Origin: Octopus sinensis
Lineage: Eukaryota
Reading direction: 5' to 3'
NCBI RefSeq assembly: GCF_006345805.1
Contig: NC_043021.1
Coordinates: 12,462,001-12,526,000 of the forward strand
Length of the DNA: 64,000 nucleotides
Shown here one piece after another: positions 63,088 through 64,000 of the stretch. The notes beneath the pieces are model-generated. The model was not told the origin of the DNA and did no database searches. It worked only from the letters and a program-made list of their open reading frames with translations. A program made the translations under genes and the position numbers. Each line of letters starts with the position of its first letter. The stretch's first letter is position 1.

Positions 63088-64000
63088 CATGGCCACAGCT
63101 CGTGAGCTGAAACTAGATAAAATGATAAGATGAAATATATATATATATATATATATTTATAATAAGTGTAGGTCGTATACGAGTGGGTATATATTTATAA
63201 AAAAGAAGTTTGAAAACACCACTATATAAGATATATATACACACACACCCATGTAAGCATGGAAAGTGGACATTAAAAGATGATGATGATGATGATGATG
63301 ATGATACACATACACAACAGGTCTCTTTCCGTTTCTGTTTACCAAATCCACTCACAAGGTTTTGGTCAAGTTGGCACTATAGTAGGGGACACTTGCCAAA
63401 GGTACCATACAGTGGAAGTGAACCTGAAACCTTGTGGTTGGGAAGCAAATTTCTTAACCACACAGCCGCGCCTGTGCCTATCCAAACTTAATAAGATGAA
63501 AATTAAAGTCATCTAAGATAATGCCAATCAAATAGATGTATGATCATAGACGTTCCATCCATGACCATTCTGTCATCATTTATTCAGACATGGTATACAT
63601 TTTATATAAGAGTATATATGAGTTAATATCTCTTTCCATCTTTAGGATGATTTAGCTGCTATTTCTAGAAGACCCTCCAGTTGTCACTTGTTTAGACCCA
63701 GATAACACCCGACTGAGCAGATCTATTAACAGAAGTATTCCAAATGTGACCATCTCGACTTTTTGAATAGGCAGGATAACATTATCTAGCCTGTCATTTA
63801 ACAGAGAGAGCGGGGAGAGAAGTGTGTAGTACATGGGTTGAGGGAGATTTAACTACTGTGTCGGGCCGTTCCTTCTACGAGGTACAAACGAAGAAGATTA
63901 TCTCGTTGACATGTTTAGTTTAGAGGCCAGACTCATATTAAGTCCAAAAGATGGAAATGATTCGATGTTTCCCACCGATTATCCAACTCTCCTACATTTT

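Noticed and set aside
63635-63890. Strong + strand acceptor (ctttccatctttAG) and 60-aa minus-strand ORF as a new gene
   Set aside because: All + frames close within 20 codons and the minus ORF has no recognisable motif. It cannot be supported without data beyond the window.

Overview
This is AT-rich, microsatellite- and repeat-dense eukaryotic genomic DNA with no prokaryotic features (no CRISPR, operons, rRNA or true tRNA genes). The SINE/LINE landscape looks like an octopod cephalopod (Octopus-like); this is recalled pattern recognition, not a database result. Three spliced protein-coding genes were reconstructed by hand with GT-AG sites and consistent phases. (1) The 3' half of SARM1 (second SAM domain plus TIR NADase domain, 5 exons, + strand, 6109-18724, catalytic Glu intact). 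(2) A complete 137-aa CENP-V/GFA-family gene (5 exons, +, 32509-41807). (3) CCDC92 (3 coding exons, -, 54584-47279, 372 aa from the first visible Met), convergent with CENPV. The rest is decayed RTE, CR1-like and R4/Dong-like LINE pieces, mariner and maT (DD37D) relics, hAT and piggyBac-type MITEs, several tRNA-derived SINE families and simple repeats. Almost all ORFs in the supplied track are microsatellite or repeat artefacts. The most notable unexplained structures are: minimal type-I hammerhead-ribozyme motifs from several Penelope-like families, including an inverted pair downstream of SARM1 whose sense-strand copy has two core mutations, and a family with a shared A6U core variant; head-to-tail SINE arrays that appear to grow in their own (TAA)n tails; several long near-perfect palindromes; and a candidate terminal exon that would give a TIR-less SARM1. 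Repeat boundaries are approximate (about +/-10-20 nt). Homopolymer irregularities suggest possible residual long-read errors.
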